Below are positions 38,625-49,487 of a stretch of 64,000 bases of DNA, piece by piece. Made by a program: the position numbers and the translations under genes. The DNA lies in assembly GCA_965661285.1 (NCBI GenBank), contig CBFIDD010000002.1:256001-320000 (forward strand). The letters run 5' to 3'. This DNA comes from Poseidonia sp. GTDB lineage: Archaea; Thermoplasmatota; Poseidoniia; Poseidoniales; Poseidoniaceae. Each line of letters starts with the position of its first letter. Position 1 is the first letter of the stretch. The notes beneath the pieces are model-generated. The model saw only the letters and a list, made by a program, of their open reading frames with translations, was not told the DNA's origin and ran no database searches.

Positions 38625-40792
38625 TGCGAACGCCATGCTGGCTTTTCGCCGTCAGCATCACGAGCGTGCTTTTGCTCACCACCATTCCGATGACGCACGG
38701 GGAAACGACTGAAATCGAACCGATGACAGCGCCCACCTGCGATGCGCAACGGGACAATTGGACCATCGGACTCGTGTATTGCAGCGGTGAGGCATCCGAA
38801 GGTTTCACCCTGTTTTCACCCATACCGTCGAACACCACGTACCTCATCGACCATTTTGGGCGGGAAGTCCATCGATGGAGTTCGCCGGGTGAACACCGCC
38901 CTGCGCTTTCCGCTTACCTTCTTCCCGATGGGGATTTGTTGCGGACGGCCAACATCGCATCGACCGCCGTGGGGAACTTCTCTGGCGGTGGAACGGGTGG
39001 TAAGGTGGAACGCATCGCTTGGGACGGAACGTTGGAATGGTCATGGGAATATTCCTCGACCTTACACATCTCCCATCACGACATCGAACCGATGCCCAAT
39101 GGAAATCTGCTGATGATCGCTTGGGAGGAACGGACGGAAGAAGAAGCGCTCCAAGCCGGACGGAATCCTGCCATTGCAAGCGATTCACCCGGAGGCCAAA
39201 ACAACGTATGGCCCGATCACATCATCGAGGTAAAACCCGTTGGCTCGGACGATGCAGAAATCGTCTGGCGCTGGCATGCATGGGATCATCTGATTCAAGA
39301 TTACGACGAGACCAAGGACAATTTCGGGGTGATCGCTGACCATCCAGAGCGAATCAACATCAACTACGTCGGTGCAACCGGAAACCAAGCCGGGCGGGCC
39401 GATTGGATGCATTGCAACGGTTTGGACTACAACAGCGAGCTGGACCAAATCGCCCTCTCCTGCCGAGGCATGAACGAGGTCTACATCATCGACCACAGCA
39501 CCACCACGGAAGAAGCAGCCGGGTCGACCGGTGGAAACTCGGGGAAGGGCGGCGACCTCCTCTATCGTTGGGGAAACCCGCAGGTCTACCACCAAGGACT
39601 TTCAAGCGACCAACAACTGTTCGCCCAGCACGATGTCCAATGGATTGAGGCAGGACATCCCGACGAAGGCGCACTTATCGTCTTCAACAACGGCAACGGC
39701 CGCTACCCTGCTTATTCGTCTGTTGATATCATTCATCCAGCGATTGAAAACGGCACGTACCGTTTGGAAGCCAACGGTACGTTTGGTCCCAATCAACCCT
39801 CGTGGACGTGGGACCAAGGCGAAGCCATGTACTCCGGCGCCATCTCGGGAGCTCAGGCTCTGCCCAACGGCAACGTCTTGGTGACCCACGGAACCCAAGG
39901 CACGTTGTTCGAAGTCAATCGGCAGGGCGATATTGTTTGGAACTACGTTGGACCGGTGGGCCCCAACGGCCCGCACACACAGGGTGAACCCGTCCCTGAG
40001 GGAAATCGAGCGGGGACCACGGCAAATGCGATTTTCAAAGCCACACACCATCCCGTCGACCATCCTACCTTTGCAGACCGTATCCTGTCACCCACGTCGT
40101 ACATTGAGGAATGGAACGACACCTGCCCTGAACAGGAAGCCTGGGCCTGGGACAGGGACGGTGATGGTTGCATCGATGACGAGGACGGGGATGGTGTGCT
40201 CAACCCCGACGACCAATGTCCCGTGGGCGATGACGGCATCGACGAAGACCAAGACGGCATCATCGATGCCTGCGACCCATTGGTCGACAATGACGGGGAC
40301 GGCATCGTCAACGAGGAGGACAAGTGCGAGGGGCATGATGACGCCATTGATGCTGACCAGGATGGCACCCCTGAGCCATGTGACGGGCTCGTTGACAGTG
40401 ATGGCGATGCTGTTTCAGACGATGAAGATCGATGCGAGGGGCACGATGATTCGGTCGACGATGACGGCGACGGTGTGCCTGACGGCTGCGACCTGCTGCT
40501 TGATTCGGACCACGACGGCGTGGCCGACAGCGAGGACCGATGTCCAGACGGCGACGACAACCTCGAAAGCGACAATGACGGTATCCCCGATGCTTGTGAT
40601 GCATCTCCTCTTCCTGTTCAAAACACCAACGCTACCGCAGACATCGATGATGACGACGACGCCATCATCGAGAGCGACGGGGCCGAAGGGCTCGGCACGC
40701 TGCTCACCAATCACCCCGTTGAGGCCATCGTGTTGTTGGGCATCGTCGTTGTTGGCGTTTTACGACTGAGAAATCGTTCTCAAATCGGTTGA
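38624..40792 (+). CDS. Arylsulfotransferase (ASST)-like protein with TSP3 repeats and membrane anchor
   Basis: Signal peptide; HHDIEPMPNGN, DWMHCNG, QHD; DxDGDG/Cys repeats; C-terminal TM. Confidence 0.85.
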   Translation: MRTPCWLFAVSITSVLLLTTIPMTHGETTEIEPMTAPTCDAQRDNWTIGLVYCSGEASEGFTLFSPIPSNTTYLIDHFGREVHRWSSPGEHRPALSAYLLPDGDLLRTANIASTAVGNFSGGGTGGKVERIAWDGTLEWSWEYSSTLHISHHDIEPMPNGNLLMIAWEERTEEEALQAGRNPAIASDSPGGQNNVWPDHIIEVKPVGSDDAEIVWRWHAWDHLIQDYDETKDNFGVIADHPERININYVGATGNQAGRADWMHCNGLDYNSELDQIALSCRGMNEVYIIDHSTTTEEAAGSTGGNSGKGGDLLYRWGNPQVYHQGLSSDQQLFAQHDVQWIEAGHPDEGALIVFNNGNGRYPAYSSVDIIHPAIENGTYRLEANGTFGPNQPSWTWDQGEAMYSGAISGAQALPNGNVLVTHGTQGTLFEVNRQGDIVWNYVGPVGPNGPHTQGEPVPEGNRAGTTANAIFKATHHPVDHPTFADRILSPTSYIEEWNDTCPEQEAWAWDRDGDGCIDDEDGDGVLNPDDQCPVGDDGIDEDQDGIIDACDPLVDNDGDGIVNEEDKCEGHDDAIDADQDGTPEPCDGLVDSDGDAVSDDEDRCEGHDDSVDDDGDGVPDGCDLLLDSDHDGVADSEDRCPDGDDNLESDNDGIPDACDASPLPVQNTNATADIDDDDDAIIESDGAEGLGTLLTNHPVEAIVLLGIVVVGVLRLRNRSQIG

Positions 40793-40874
40793 TGTTTCGT
40801 GCCTACGAAACCAAATTCCATACCTAACAAGGAATTAAGTAGAGCATCCGCAGAGCGGTGGTTGAGGAATCAAA

Positions 40875-41150
40875 ATGCCCCACGTCGTAACCTCTGCATG
40901 CGTTGACCACAAGTACCAGGAATGCGTTGCTGTTTGCCCTGTTGAAGCCTTTCGAGAAGCCGAAACCTACCTCGTGATCGACCCTGATGAGTGCATTGAC
41001 TGCGGCGCCTGTATCCCCGAGTGCCCCGTCGACGCCATCTTTGCCGACACGGACGTTCCTGAAGGCGAAGAAGATTGGATTGACCGAAACGCAGATGAAT
41101 CCGTTGACGCCGAAATCGCCGAAGGCGACTCCCCCGTTCTCGCGGACTAA
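40875..41150 (+). CDS. 7Fe/8Fe ferredoxin (FdxA-like)
   Basis: [14 protein letters not shown] and [12 protein letters not shown]. Confidence 0.93.
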   Translation: MPHVVTSACVDHKYQECVAVCPVEAFREAETYLVIDPDECIDCGACIPECPVDAIFADTDVPEGEEDWIDRNADESVDAEIAEGDSPVLAD

Positions 41151-41207
41151 ATTCACCGTTCATACGGGAAAGAACCAACCGTCTTAAGGGAGGGCGGTCA
41201 GGAAGGG

Positions 41208-42206
41208 ATGAATACTATGAAAACAGATTTTTCTCACCTCCGAAAGGGCAGCGACCTCCTGAAGCGTGGATTTGCACGAATGCAGCAAGGCGGCGTCATC
41301 ATGGATGTCGTCAATCCTGAACAAGCAGCCGTTGCAGAAGACGCCGGAGCCGTCGCCGTCATGGCGCTCGAGCGGGTGCCTGCTGATATCAGAAAAGCCG
41401 GCGGCGTCGCTCGAATGAGCCACCCTGACATGATTCAGGGCATCCTCGATTGCACGTCCATTCCCGTCATGGCGAAATCCAGAATCGGCCACGACGGCGA
41501 AGCACGTATCCTTGAAGCCATGGGTGTTGACATGGTGGACGAAAGTGAAGTCCTGACCCCTGCAGACCCCTACTTCCACATCAACAAACACGACTACAGC
41601 ATCCCCTTTGTTTGCGGTGCAACCGGCCTAGGTGAAGCGGCTCGCCGTATTTGGGAAGGATCAGCCATGATTCGCACCAAGGGAGAAGCAGGCACTGGCA
41701 ACGTCGTTGCAGCGGTCACCCACGCACGCCTGATCGACCAAGAAATACACCAGATACAATCCCTTGATGACCACGGTCTGGACCTTGCAACTGAGAAAAT
41801 CATGGAGCGCTACCGTGTGCTTTCCTCGCATTCTGAGTTGCCCGGAAACCATCTCATGACGCCGTTCGGCCCCATCGACGATGATATGCATGCAGGCATC
41901 CGGTCAGTATTGGACGATGTCCACCGCCTCGGCCGACTCCCAGTGGTCACCTTTTCCGCCGGTGGCATCGCTACGCCAGCCGATGCATCATTGATGATGC
42001 AAATGGGCATGGACGGTATTTTCGTTGGCTCTGGGATTTTCAAATCCAGTGACCCTCCGACCATGGCCGACGCCATCGTCATGGCAACAGCTCATTACGA
42101 CGAGCCGAGCAAGGTTGCAGAAGCCATGGCCATGATGGAAGGTATTCCAATGAAAGGCGATGAACTGGAGACGCTCGAAGTCCGACTCGACCAGCGCGGC
42201 TGGTGA
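41208..42206 (+). CDS. pdxS: PLP synthase lyase subunit
   Basis: [43 protein letters not shown]. Confidence 0.96.
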   Translation: MNTMKTDFSHLRKGSDLLKRGFARMQQGGVIMDVVNPEQAAVAEDAGAVAVMALERVPADIRKAGGVARMSHPDMIQGILDCTSIPVMAKSRIGHDGEARILEAMGVDMVDESEVLTPADPYFHINKHDYSIPFVCGATGLGEAARRIWEGSAMIRTKGEAGTGNVVAAVTHARLIDQEIHQIQSLDDHGLDLATEKIMERYRVLSSHSELPGNHLMTPFGPIDDDMHAGIRSVLDDVHRLGRLPVVTFSAGGIATPADASLMMQMGMDGIFVGSGIFKSSDPPTMADAIVMATAHYDEPSKVAEAMAMMEGIPMKGDELETLEVRLDQRGW

Positions 42207-42207
42207 A

Positions 42208-42441
42208 TCAATTCAACGGATCAGGGATCCCTTTCTCGCCCAGCGTCCATTTGAGCGTTTTCACAACGCCCTGCAAGGCTTTGTGGTTTCGAGCAGCCTC
42301 TTTCATACCCGCTTTATCGTCTTCGTCTTTGCACATCTCGTACCAGGCTTTCCACTCGTTCATTTTCGTGGTCGCTTGGTCAAGCATGTCCTCAATTTCG
42401 GCCCAGGTCCGGTCGTAGGTGCGTTCAGGCAATCCACTCAT
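42208..42441 (-). CDS. Small helical hypothetical protein
   Basis: 77-aa ORF filling the gap, convergent with pdxS. Confidence 0.7.
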   Translation of the reverse strand: MSGLPERTYDRTWAEIEDMLDQATTKMNEWKAWYEMCKDEDDKAGMKEAARNHKALQGVVKTLKWTLGEKGIPDPLN

Positions 42442-42491
42442 GGTATCAATACTCTCCGAGCGTTTACACTACATAGGCTCTTGCACGACGC

Positions 42492-43556
42492 TCACGGCGA
42501 ATGCTCAATTTTTTCAGAGGTGTAGTGCCCACCTGATTTGAGTTCGACGCCATCCCCAATGACACAGTGCACGACGGTGCAATTGGGCGGCACCACGACG
42601 CCCACGCCGAGAACCGATTCTTCAATTCTAGAACCCTGTCCAACCTCGCACTCCCGCATCAACAGGGCGTTTTCAATCTCAGCTCCTGCTGAGATGTCAC
42701 ATGACGGACCAACGACCGAGTGCGAAACCGCACCCTCGCAGTTGGCGCTTTTGGCCATGAGCACGTCACCGTCTCGAACATACTGCTCAGGATAGGTGTA
42801 GGGAAGTTCATCATAGCGCTCCATGAGCGTAGATTGTGCTTTGATGAGTTCAAAGGGATGGCCGACATCAAACCAAACGCCATCGATGGTTTGAGCATAC
42901 ATTGGCCAGCCGAGTTCAAGCAATATTGGAAAGAGTTGCTTGCTAAAATCAAATTTTTCACCGGGTGGAATGTGTTCAAACACCTCTGGCTCGAGAATGT
43001 ACAGTCCTGCATTGATCACGTTGCTGAAGGCTTCTTCCGGCGCCGGTTTTTCCAAAAAACGTCGAATGTACCCCTCACGAAGTTCCCCGTCCACCTCACC
43101 ATCGGCGTGCCCAGCCAAGCCGACGATTCCGAACTCCGAGGGGTTGTCAACCTCCCATAACGCCATCGTGACCTTCGCCTTGTGCTCCCGGTGAGCAGCG
43201 AGTAACGAGGCGATGTCAAACGACGCAACCGCATCACCGGAACCCACCACACACGTCGAGTGGATGTGCTCACGAAGAAGGCCAACACTTCCGGCAGTAC
43301 CCATTGGTGAAGTCTCTTGATTGATTCTTGCTTGGACGAGGCCGGAAGGGTCGGACCAGGAAGCGACGTGAGATTGAAGTTGCTCACCACGATAACCCGT
43401 GGTAACGACAATGTTGGTGATGCCCGCATCGAGCATGGCGTCTTTGACGTAGTCGATCACAGGCCGTCCAAGCACCTCAACCATCGGTTTGGGACGCGTC
43501 GCCGTCAGCGGCATCAAACGAGAGCCTTGACCCCCGGCCATGATGATGCCCAACAT
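42492..43556 (-). CDS. NDP-sugar synthase (mannose-1-phosphate guanylyltransferase-like)
   Basis: AGGQGSRLMPLT...PKPM, FLEKP, INAGLY, WFDVG, left-handed beta-helix tail. Confidence 0.92.
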   Translation of the reverse strand: MLGIIMAGGQGSRLMPLTATRPKPMVEVLGRPVIDYVKDAMLDAGITNIVVTTGYRGEQLQSHVASWSDPSGLVQARINQETSPMGTAGSVGLLREHIHSTCVVGSGDAVASFDIASLLAAHREHKAKVTMALWEVDNPSEFGIVGLAGHADGEVDGELREGYIRRFLEKPAPEEAFSNVINAGLYILEPEVFEHIPPGEKFDFSKQLFPILLELGWPMYAQTIDGVWFDVGHPFELIKAQSTLMERYDELPYTYPEQYVRDGDVLMAKSANCEGAVSHSVVGPSCDISAGAEIENALLMRECEVGQGSRIEESVLGVGVVVPPNCTVVHCVIGDGVELKSGGHYTSEKIEHSP

Positions 43557-43565
43557 TGCAGGACC

Positions 43566-44582
43566 TCAACGTCGTCGGATTGGACCCATGCGTCGCATGT
43601 TCTTTTTCTTGGAGGACGAAGAATTTCGCTTCTTCGTTTTGGCACCGTCGTCTTTACCGACGCCACCGAAGACGAGTTCGCCCTCTGAGAGCAAAGATTG
43701 GACGAGCATGTCAGCCACTTCATCGGACTCTGCTCCCGTTTTCATTTCGGCCTTCACGGCCTTGTTGTGGTCGGTGATCCAGGATTCACGTTCTTGGCGC
43801 GCCATGTTCAATTCATCCCGTGCCTTGTTCACGTTGACCATCATCTCCTCAATTTTCTCGTGAACGCCGTTGGCCTTCTCGTGGAATTCAACAGATTCGT
43901 TGTGATGGCGGTCACCTTCGGATTTCAAGAAATTGCGGTGATCCAAGCCTTCTTTGTACTCTGCCCATTTCTCATCAGCCCGCTTCAAGGCATCAACGAA
44001 CAGATTGTGGGCATCATCGGATTCGGCCTTGAGCGTCGCAATCGCTTCGTCGAGGTTGCTCAAATCAACGGAGACCATCTCGAATTTGGCCACTTCGGGC
44101 TCCAATTCGTCGGCTCTTCGCTTCATGCGCTTGATTTGCTCCATGGTTTCCTTTTCCTTCTTCGCACTGGAAGACGTGGTTTGGAATTTCTCCTCGAGCG
44201 TATTGATTTGACTGACGAGGTGCGAGTATTCTGCCGTTGCAGACTTTTTCTCCCCGTGCTCGCCTCGGCGACCTTTGACTTGGGCAAAGAGATCCCTCAA
44301 CTGCTGGTTAATGGCATCTCGCTTGGCTTTGTGGGCGTTGCGTTCGGCATGAATAGCGTCCAATTCCGCCTTCATGAGGTCGAGCTTTTCTCGGTGCTCT
44401 TTGTATTGGTCTTGGACCGCATTGCGCTTTTGCGCCATGGCGCGTCCTTGGTCGCGCAGGTTGTTTCGTGTTTCTCGCAGCCGACGAACCTTGGCCTCCA
44501 TGTCCCTCAATTCGGACAATTTGTCCGCATCCGGATTCTTTTCGCCATCCTTGGGCATCCCGCGCATGTCATCGTCCACCAC
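43566..44582 (-). CDS. Archaeal coiled-coil protein (COG1340-like)
   Basis: Continuous heptads, LEEKFQT...EKE, AHN/RHH pattern. Confidence 0.8.
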   Translation of the reverse strand: MVDDDMRGMPKDGEKNPDADKLSELRDMEAKVRRLRETRNNLRDQGRAMAQKRNAVQDQYKEHREKLDLMKAELDAIHAERNAHKAKRDAINQQLRDLFAQVKGRRGEHGEKKSATAEYSHLVSQINTLEEKFQTTSSSAKKEKETMEQIKRMKRRADELEPEVAKFEMVSVDLSNLDEAIATLKAESDDAHNLFVDALKRADEKWAEYKEGLDHRNFLKSEGDRHHNESVEFHEKANGVHEKIEEMMVNVNKARDELNMARQERESWITDHNKAVKAEMKTGAESDEVADMLVQSLLSEGELVFGGVGKDDGAKTKKRNSSSSKKKNMRRMGPIRRR

Positions 44583-44622
44583 CTACACCATTTCAAGGCT
44601 GTGGCTGAGCGAATGTCTCGTT

Positions 44623-46188
44623 TTACGAGGTAAAACCAGCAAGGAGTTCAAGGAGCATAAAAATTGCAGCCGATACCAGACCCAGACCTCCGAAAAGATA
44701 GGACACGTAGGTGGACGTGCTTCTCAACCACTGTCGGAATTCTGCTCGCACCCGAACATTGATCTGTCGCCCGAGGAGAAGTTCGCCGTTGGTCTCTTCC
44801 AAGCGGACCGAGACGGTGGCGTCTCCGGAGCTTATTGGAATCAAGGTTTGCCACGAGACGGTGCTGTCTTTGAGAAGACCCGACATCTTCCCCAAAACAT
44901 CGTCATTGCCTTCCGCAGCAAGCGGAAGGGCTTCAGAAGACCACCAGTACTTTTCTCCGGGTTCCAATCGGTAGGTCAACGCCAAATCTTTCGGTTCAAA
45001 ATTGGGCGTTTGTACGCGGAAAACGACGGTTCTAGTTTTGTCCGACAAATTGTGGAACAGCGTGAATAAATTGGCCTTATCGGTCACGACGTTTTCCATG
45101 TCGACCTCAAAAATAAGGTCGGACATGGCCGGTTTTTTCCCGCTTTCGATGTCCTGCTTAAGTCGGTCGACCATACGGAAAAACGCTGGACAGCGCTGGT
45201 TGATGATGCCAAGTAAAACCAACCACGCCTCGAGGGTGAAGGTTTCGTTCTCAAACACGTGCGCCATCCCTTTTTTCGTCAGAATTTCTGCCATCTCCAA
45301 CTCCAGCGTTTTTCGGTCGAGGCCCGTGGCGTGACGGTACAGTGTCATGAGGAATTTTTCATGCGCAAAGTGACGGTCGATCCCTCGTTTGAAACACCCC
45401 TCCAGGACCGTCGTGTATTCGTCGTACTGAGAGCGAAGCAATGGGTCCATGTGGGTTTTGATAAGGTCGCTAAACACCATGTTCAATGTCGACGGGTGAA
45501 CCGGGGGCGTGTAAGCGGGGAGCAAGCCGGTTTGCTCCACCATGTTGAACGGCGTGGAGCGGGTCGGGAGGTGTTGACCAAAGGAGAGGAGCAGAAACGA
45601 GGCCGAGGTCAACAAAAACAGGTTGCCAAAATTGCTTCCGGGCCCGTACCAAAATACACCAAGGAGCATCATGGCAGCGCCGATGGAGAACAGCAGGGAT
45701 TTGGTGTGGTGGCTCATGGCCCTCTCGAGCTGATACAGCAACCCGTCATACCCGTGCAAGGACTGAACCGAGCGATGCTCTACGTTTGAGGCATCAACCT
45801 GTCCATGAAACGTGGAGAGCGAAATGGCAACCCGATAACGGTGAAAACCGACCGCAAGGATGTAACCGAGGACCACGACAAACGAGAGACTGGCGGTGAA
45901 GGTAGCGAAATCCATACCGAGATTGGGTTCAATGTTGTTCTGCCAAAAGGTCGGAGAGGATTGGGAAAAGGCCCAGGTGGCGAAATACATCACCGCACCA
46001 AAGGCTGGCAGGAACATGATGAGCCGAAGGCCAGAACTCACGATTTGCCTGTCAATGGCGTGAACGATGGATTCCGAAAGCCGAAAGCCGAAAGCGTTCT
46101 CCGTTGGAAGTGGTTCCTCTCCATCGGGGACGGAGACCCCTTCTTCTGCCATGTTTGTTGAGAACGAGCCCTGTTCAAAAGTGTTCAC
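44623..46188 (-). CDS. Multi-pass membrane protein of unknown function
   Basis: About 4 N-terminal TMs, large soluble region, C-terminal TM; GTGA overlap with the upstream gene (alternative start 46152). Confidence 0.8.
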   Translation of the reverse strand: MNTFEQGSFSTNMAEEGVSVPDGEEPLPTENAFGFRLSESIVHAIDRQIVSSGLRLIMFLPAFGAVMYFATWAFSQSSPTFWQNNIEPNLGMDFATFTASLSFVVVLGYILAVGFHRYRVAISLSTFHGQVDASNVEHRSVQSLHGYDGLLYQLERAMSHHTKSLLFSIGAAMMLLGVFWYGPGSNFGNLFLLTSASFLLLSFGQHLPTRSTPFNMVEQTGLLPAYTPPVHPSTLNMVFSDLIKTHMDPLLRSQYDEYTTVLEGCFKRGIDRHFAHEKFLMTLYRHATGLDRKTLELEMAEILTKKGMAHVFENETFTLEAWLVLLGIINQRCPAFFRMVDRLKQDIESGKKPAMSDLIFEVDMENVVTDKANLFTLFHNLSDKTRTVVFRVQTPNFEPKDLALTYRLEPGEKYWWSSEALPLAAEGNDDVLGKMSGLLKDSTVSWQTLIPISSGDATVSVRLEETNGELLLGRQINVRVRAEFRQWLRSTSTYVSYLFGGLGLVSAAIFMLLELLAGFTS

Positions 46189-46853
46189 GCCGTTTTTACG
46201 TCGACATCAACGAAAATACACCTCAGCCAATCCTCGGTTAAAGCGGCATGTTGGCCGGCGTGGGTGAAGGAGGTAGGTCCCGTGCGGACAACCGACGACC
46301 CCACAATAAAACCAGCATGATTCAAGGCAGCAGCGGCGTCGCTTGGCAGGAACATCGCACGAATGGTCGCCGGCGTGTTGTGGTCAAGATGGTTGAGCGA
46401 CACCAAGGAAGGGAGCGACGATAATCGAAAGGCGATATCGGGCGTCGGGTCGGGGATGGTTCGCCCGCTTGGGTCTTTGGTGTCCTCTGTGATGAGGCGG
46501 GAGAGCGCCACCTCCATGTCGTCGTCAATGGCGTGCTCAAGTCGGCAAGCGGTTTCGTGGTCGTTGCCTTCGTAGGGAAGAATTGAGAGGAGAATTTCTG
46601 CCAGTCGATGCCGGCGTTTCATTTTCTGGCCGTGGATGAGCCCGGTTTCCGTCAATCGCACGCCCTTGTATGGAATGTATTCGAGATAGCCTCGGGAAGC
46701 AAGGCGTTGAACCATTTCCGTTGCGGAGGCAGGACTCACCTCGAGTTTGGAAGCCAAGTCACCGGTGCGGACCATCGCTCCTGGTTCGTCTTCATGGAAT
46801 TCGTACATCATCTCGAGGTATTCATCTTCAAATTCTTGGAAATGACCGACCAT
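46185..46853 (-). CDS. DtxR/MntR-family metal-dependent regulator
   Basis: EDEYLE, VSPASATEM, RRHRLAE, ACRLEHA, DPSG..IP, FeoA-like tail. Confidence 0.92.
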   Translation of the reverse strand: MVGHFQEFEDEYLEMMYEFHEDEPGAMVRTGDLASKLEVSPASATEMVQRLASRGYLEYIPYKGVRLTETGLIHGQKMKRRHRLAEILLSILPYEGNDHETACRLEHAIDDDMEVALSRLITEDTKDPSGRTIPDPTPDIAFRLSSLPSLVSLNHLDHNTPATIRAMFLPSDAAAALNHAGFIVGSSVVRTGPTSFTHAGQHAALTEDWLRCIFVDVDVKTA

Positions 46854-46873
46854 CACGACCGCCTCGTTGCTGT

Positions 46874-49396
46874 TTACTTGCCCTCGTGTGATTTGAATAT
46901 TTTCTTGCAGGCGGGGCAACGCACAGAACCCTCGTAAGAGGAGGGAATGCGAAGCGATTGAGAACAATCCGGACACGAAATCTCAATTTTTTCATTCACC
47001 GGTGCCTCGGTAGAGGGCTGAACTTCAACCTCAAGATCCTCGTTCTCCTCGGTATCTGGCTCAGCATGTGGAACCGCCTCGACGGCAAATTTGTGTGAGC
47101 AATCCGGACATCCCACCGAGCCCGAGTACGCCACCGGAACACGAAGTCGGCGGTTGCACTCAGGGCAGCCAACCTCTCGTTTCTCTTTGGAGCTCACGGG
47201 CTGACTCGTGCCCGGCTTGGATTCAGTCGTACTCGGAGAAGAAGGCGTGGCTTTTGACCGCTCGTTGTCCTTTCGTGCCCGCAAGCGCAAGACGAGTGAG
47301 ATGCCAGCGCCGAGCCCGAGACCCCAAAGAATTGCTCCGATTGGCCACTCGGTGTTGGACTCAACGACCGGTTCCCCCGACACATAGGTTGTTTCTGCTG
47401 AAACAACGGTGGCGTCAACGTGCCACAAGGCTTGAATCGCAACATTACTCCCTTCCGGCCAAACCAGCGACACGTCCAAGGCGGTCATGGACGGGTCGGA
47501 CCAACTTGGGGAATTCACGTTCGCAAGACGTGTACCGTACGCGTCGAGGAGCCACACTTCACCTTGTGCGTCAAGTATGGGTCCGGACTGATGGAACGTG
47601 ATTCGAACAGTGGTATCATCGCCCTCGATGGGGCGGATGGGGGTTGTTGTGGGGGAAAATTCCATCCAGAACTGCGTCGTATGGTCGGGCAAGGAAGCGG
47701 TGGTCGCCAGAGGGCCTGGGCCAATCAACCAGCCAACGGGTGAGACTTGAGCGACAAGGCGGTCGGCTTCGATATCGCCAAACACCATCGCCAACTCGAG
47801 CCTTCCTTGTTGAAGAAGGAGATTGTTTTCTTGGAGATAAACGGTGGCGCCACCGGTTTCATACCCTACCTGAACCAGCACCTCGCGGTCCTTCCCCGAT
47901 GTTAGCTCGACATGAAGCGCCAGGGAAAGGTCTCCCTCGTCGGTACGGTTGACATTCGAAAACTCGAGATGCACCGATTGTTGCTGGCGGACGACGAGGG
48001 TGGTGGTCCCGTCATCTGCGCCAGTGACAATGCCGTCGTCGCTTTCAAGCATCCATGCGAGATCAGCCTCTCCCGAGGCAAGAAATTGCAGTGAGGCTGA
48101 GACTTCGCCAGCAGCGCCTTGTCCGAGCGTGACCCATTCGCCTTGGGAACTCGATGTGCCGACCGAAAGGACCAGGCGTACGCGCCCTTCGAGGTCGCCG
48201 ATGTTTCGAAGGAGAAGATTGGCATCCACATGGTCGCCCTTGTGCCAAGGCCCACCTGTGAAGGAAGGTGTCGAGGCCCCTGCTGCTTCAAAGACAGCCG
48301 AAGGCATGTCCACATTCAAAAGAAGAGGCAGGGAAGATTCAGCAGCGATACGCGTCCCCGCTGCATCGCATCGAAGCGACAAGGGTTTGGCTGTCATCGT
48401 AAACGACCAGGTCTGATTGGAAGAGGCCATCAAGTCGGTGGCTGTGGTGTTGAACACCTCTGCACCGTCTGCGGTACAACCGATTGTGCCGGAAAATCCG
48501 ACCGTGCCGTTGTTCCAAATAGAAAGTGAAACGGTCAATTCCTGCCCCGCCGTGACGGTTTCTGCGTCCGAATCAAGCAGGCCTAAAAGAAGAGGCAAGG
48601 GCGGGGCGTCGACGGCCCACGTGCCGTTGAGCGCATGGGTCCCGGGTTGGCTTGCGCTGGTGTTTGTCAAATTGATTTGCCAATCCAGAGTACCTTCGGA
48701 AAGCACCATCACGGGCGATAAGGTGACCACGACCGAAGAAGAAGCACCTACGGAGATGTTTTCTTGAATCACAGACTCGTTGCTACCGTCGTTGGAGAGC
48801 GAGAGTTGAACGCCTCCCGACCAATTCACGTCACCGTTGTTGATGATGGGGAACACAACCTCCACACGGTCACCGTCATGGAGGGTCAGGTTTCCAGTTG
48901 CTTGGCCGACCGCATCAAGGGGGTTGGCCTGCACGCTTGAAAGGCCGCCGAGCGTGACTGCCAGAGGCCGAAGTCGCTGAACCGTCCGCGTCAACACGAC
49001 GTGATGCGAGCTCGTATTCGAGCCAACATCGCCGTCCAACCAAATGGAGACCGTACTGAATCCGAGGGGGAGACCGACAAATGTGCCCGAGACATTGCGT
49101 TGTTCCAGCCCCTGAAATTCACCGAGGGTTTGCGTGGTGTTCGAGAGGACTGCCCCCTCGAGCGTTTCGACCACGAGGTAGAGGCTAACGTTCGCTGCCG
49201 AACCGCTTTGCTCGTGGAGTTCAACCGAAAAGGCGAGGTCCTCGTCTTCAAACGTAGCGTAATCAGCAATACTGAAGGATGCGGCGTCGAAAAGAACCTC
49301 CCCCGCTTGGGCTTGGACGGTTGGAACAAGAGAGAAACCGAACAGCATCACAAGAAAGAGGCAGATGCCCTGTTGTGAGCGGCGTTCGCCCTCCAT
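46874..49396 (-). CDS. Single-pass surface protein with two cytoplasmic Zn ribbons
   Basis: Signal peptide, Ig/CARDB-like repeats (INNG, WNNG, RNIG), TM, two CPxC...CPxC units. Confidence 0.85.
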   Translation of the reverse strand: MEGERRSQQGICLFLVMLFGFSLVPTVQAQAGEVLFDAASFSIADYATFEDEDLAFSVELHEQSGSAANVSLYLVVETLEGAVLSNTTQTLGEFQGLEQRNVSGTFVGLPLGFSTVSIWLDGDVGSNTSSHHVVLTRTVQRLRPLAVTLGGLSSVQANPLDAVGQATGNLTLHDGDRVEVVFPIINNGDVNWSGGVQLSLSNDGSNESVIQENISVGASSSVVVTLSPVMVLSEGTLDWQINLTNTSASQPGTHALNGTWAVDAPPLPLLLGLLDSDAETVTAGQELTVSLSIWNNGTVGFSGTIGCTADGAEVFNTTATDLMASSNQTWSFTMTAKPLSLRCDAAGTRIAAESSLPLLLNVDMPSAVFEAAGASTPSFTGGPWHKGDHVDANLLLRNIGDLEGRVRLVLSVGTSSSQGEWVTLGQGAAGEVSASLQFLASGEADLAWMLESDDGIVTGADDGTTTLVVRQQQSVHLEFSNVNRTDEGDLSLALHVELTSGKDREVLVQVGYETGGATVYLQENNLLLQQGRLELAMVFGDIEADRLVAQVSPVGWLIGPGPLATTASLPDHTTQFWMEFSPTTTPIRPIEGDDTTVRITFHQSGPILDAQGEVWLLDAYGTRLANVNSPSWSDPSMTALDVSLVWPEGSNVAIQALWHVDATVVSAETTYVSGEPVVESNTEWPIGAILWGLGLGAGISLVLRLRARKDNERSKATPSSPSTTESKPGTSQPVSSKEKREVGCPECNRRLRVPVAYSGSVGCPDCSHKFAVEAVPHAEPDTEENEDLEVEVQPSTEAPVNEKIEISCPDCSQSLRIPSSYEGSVRCPACKKIFKSHEGK

Positions 49397-49487
49397 GGTG
49401 AGGCGTGAATCCCGTGGTTCTTCACCTTCGCGCCGTTAGACAGTCATTGCGGTTGTTTCTTTTACGTTGAACCGTTCCCCAAAATCC

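Noticed and set aside
40794-40811. Hairpin GTTTCGT-GCCT-ACGAAAC after the ASST gene
   Set aside because: Short, with no U-tract; insufficient to call a terminator.
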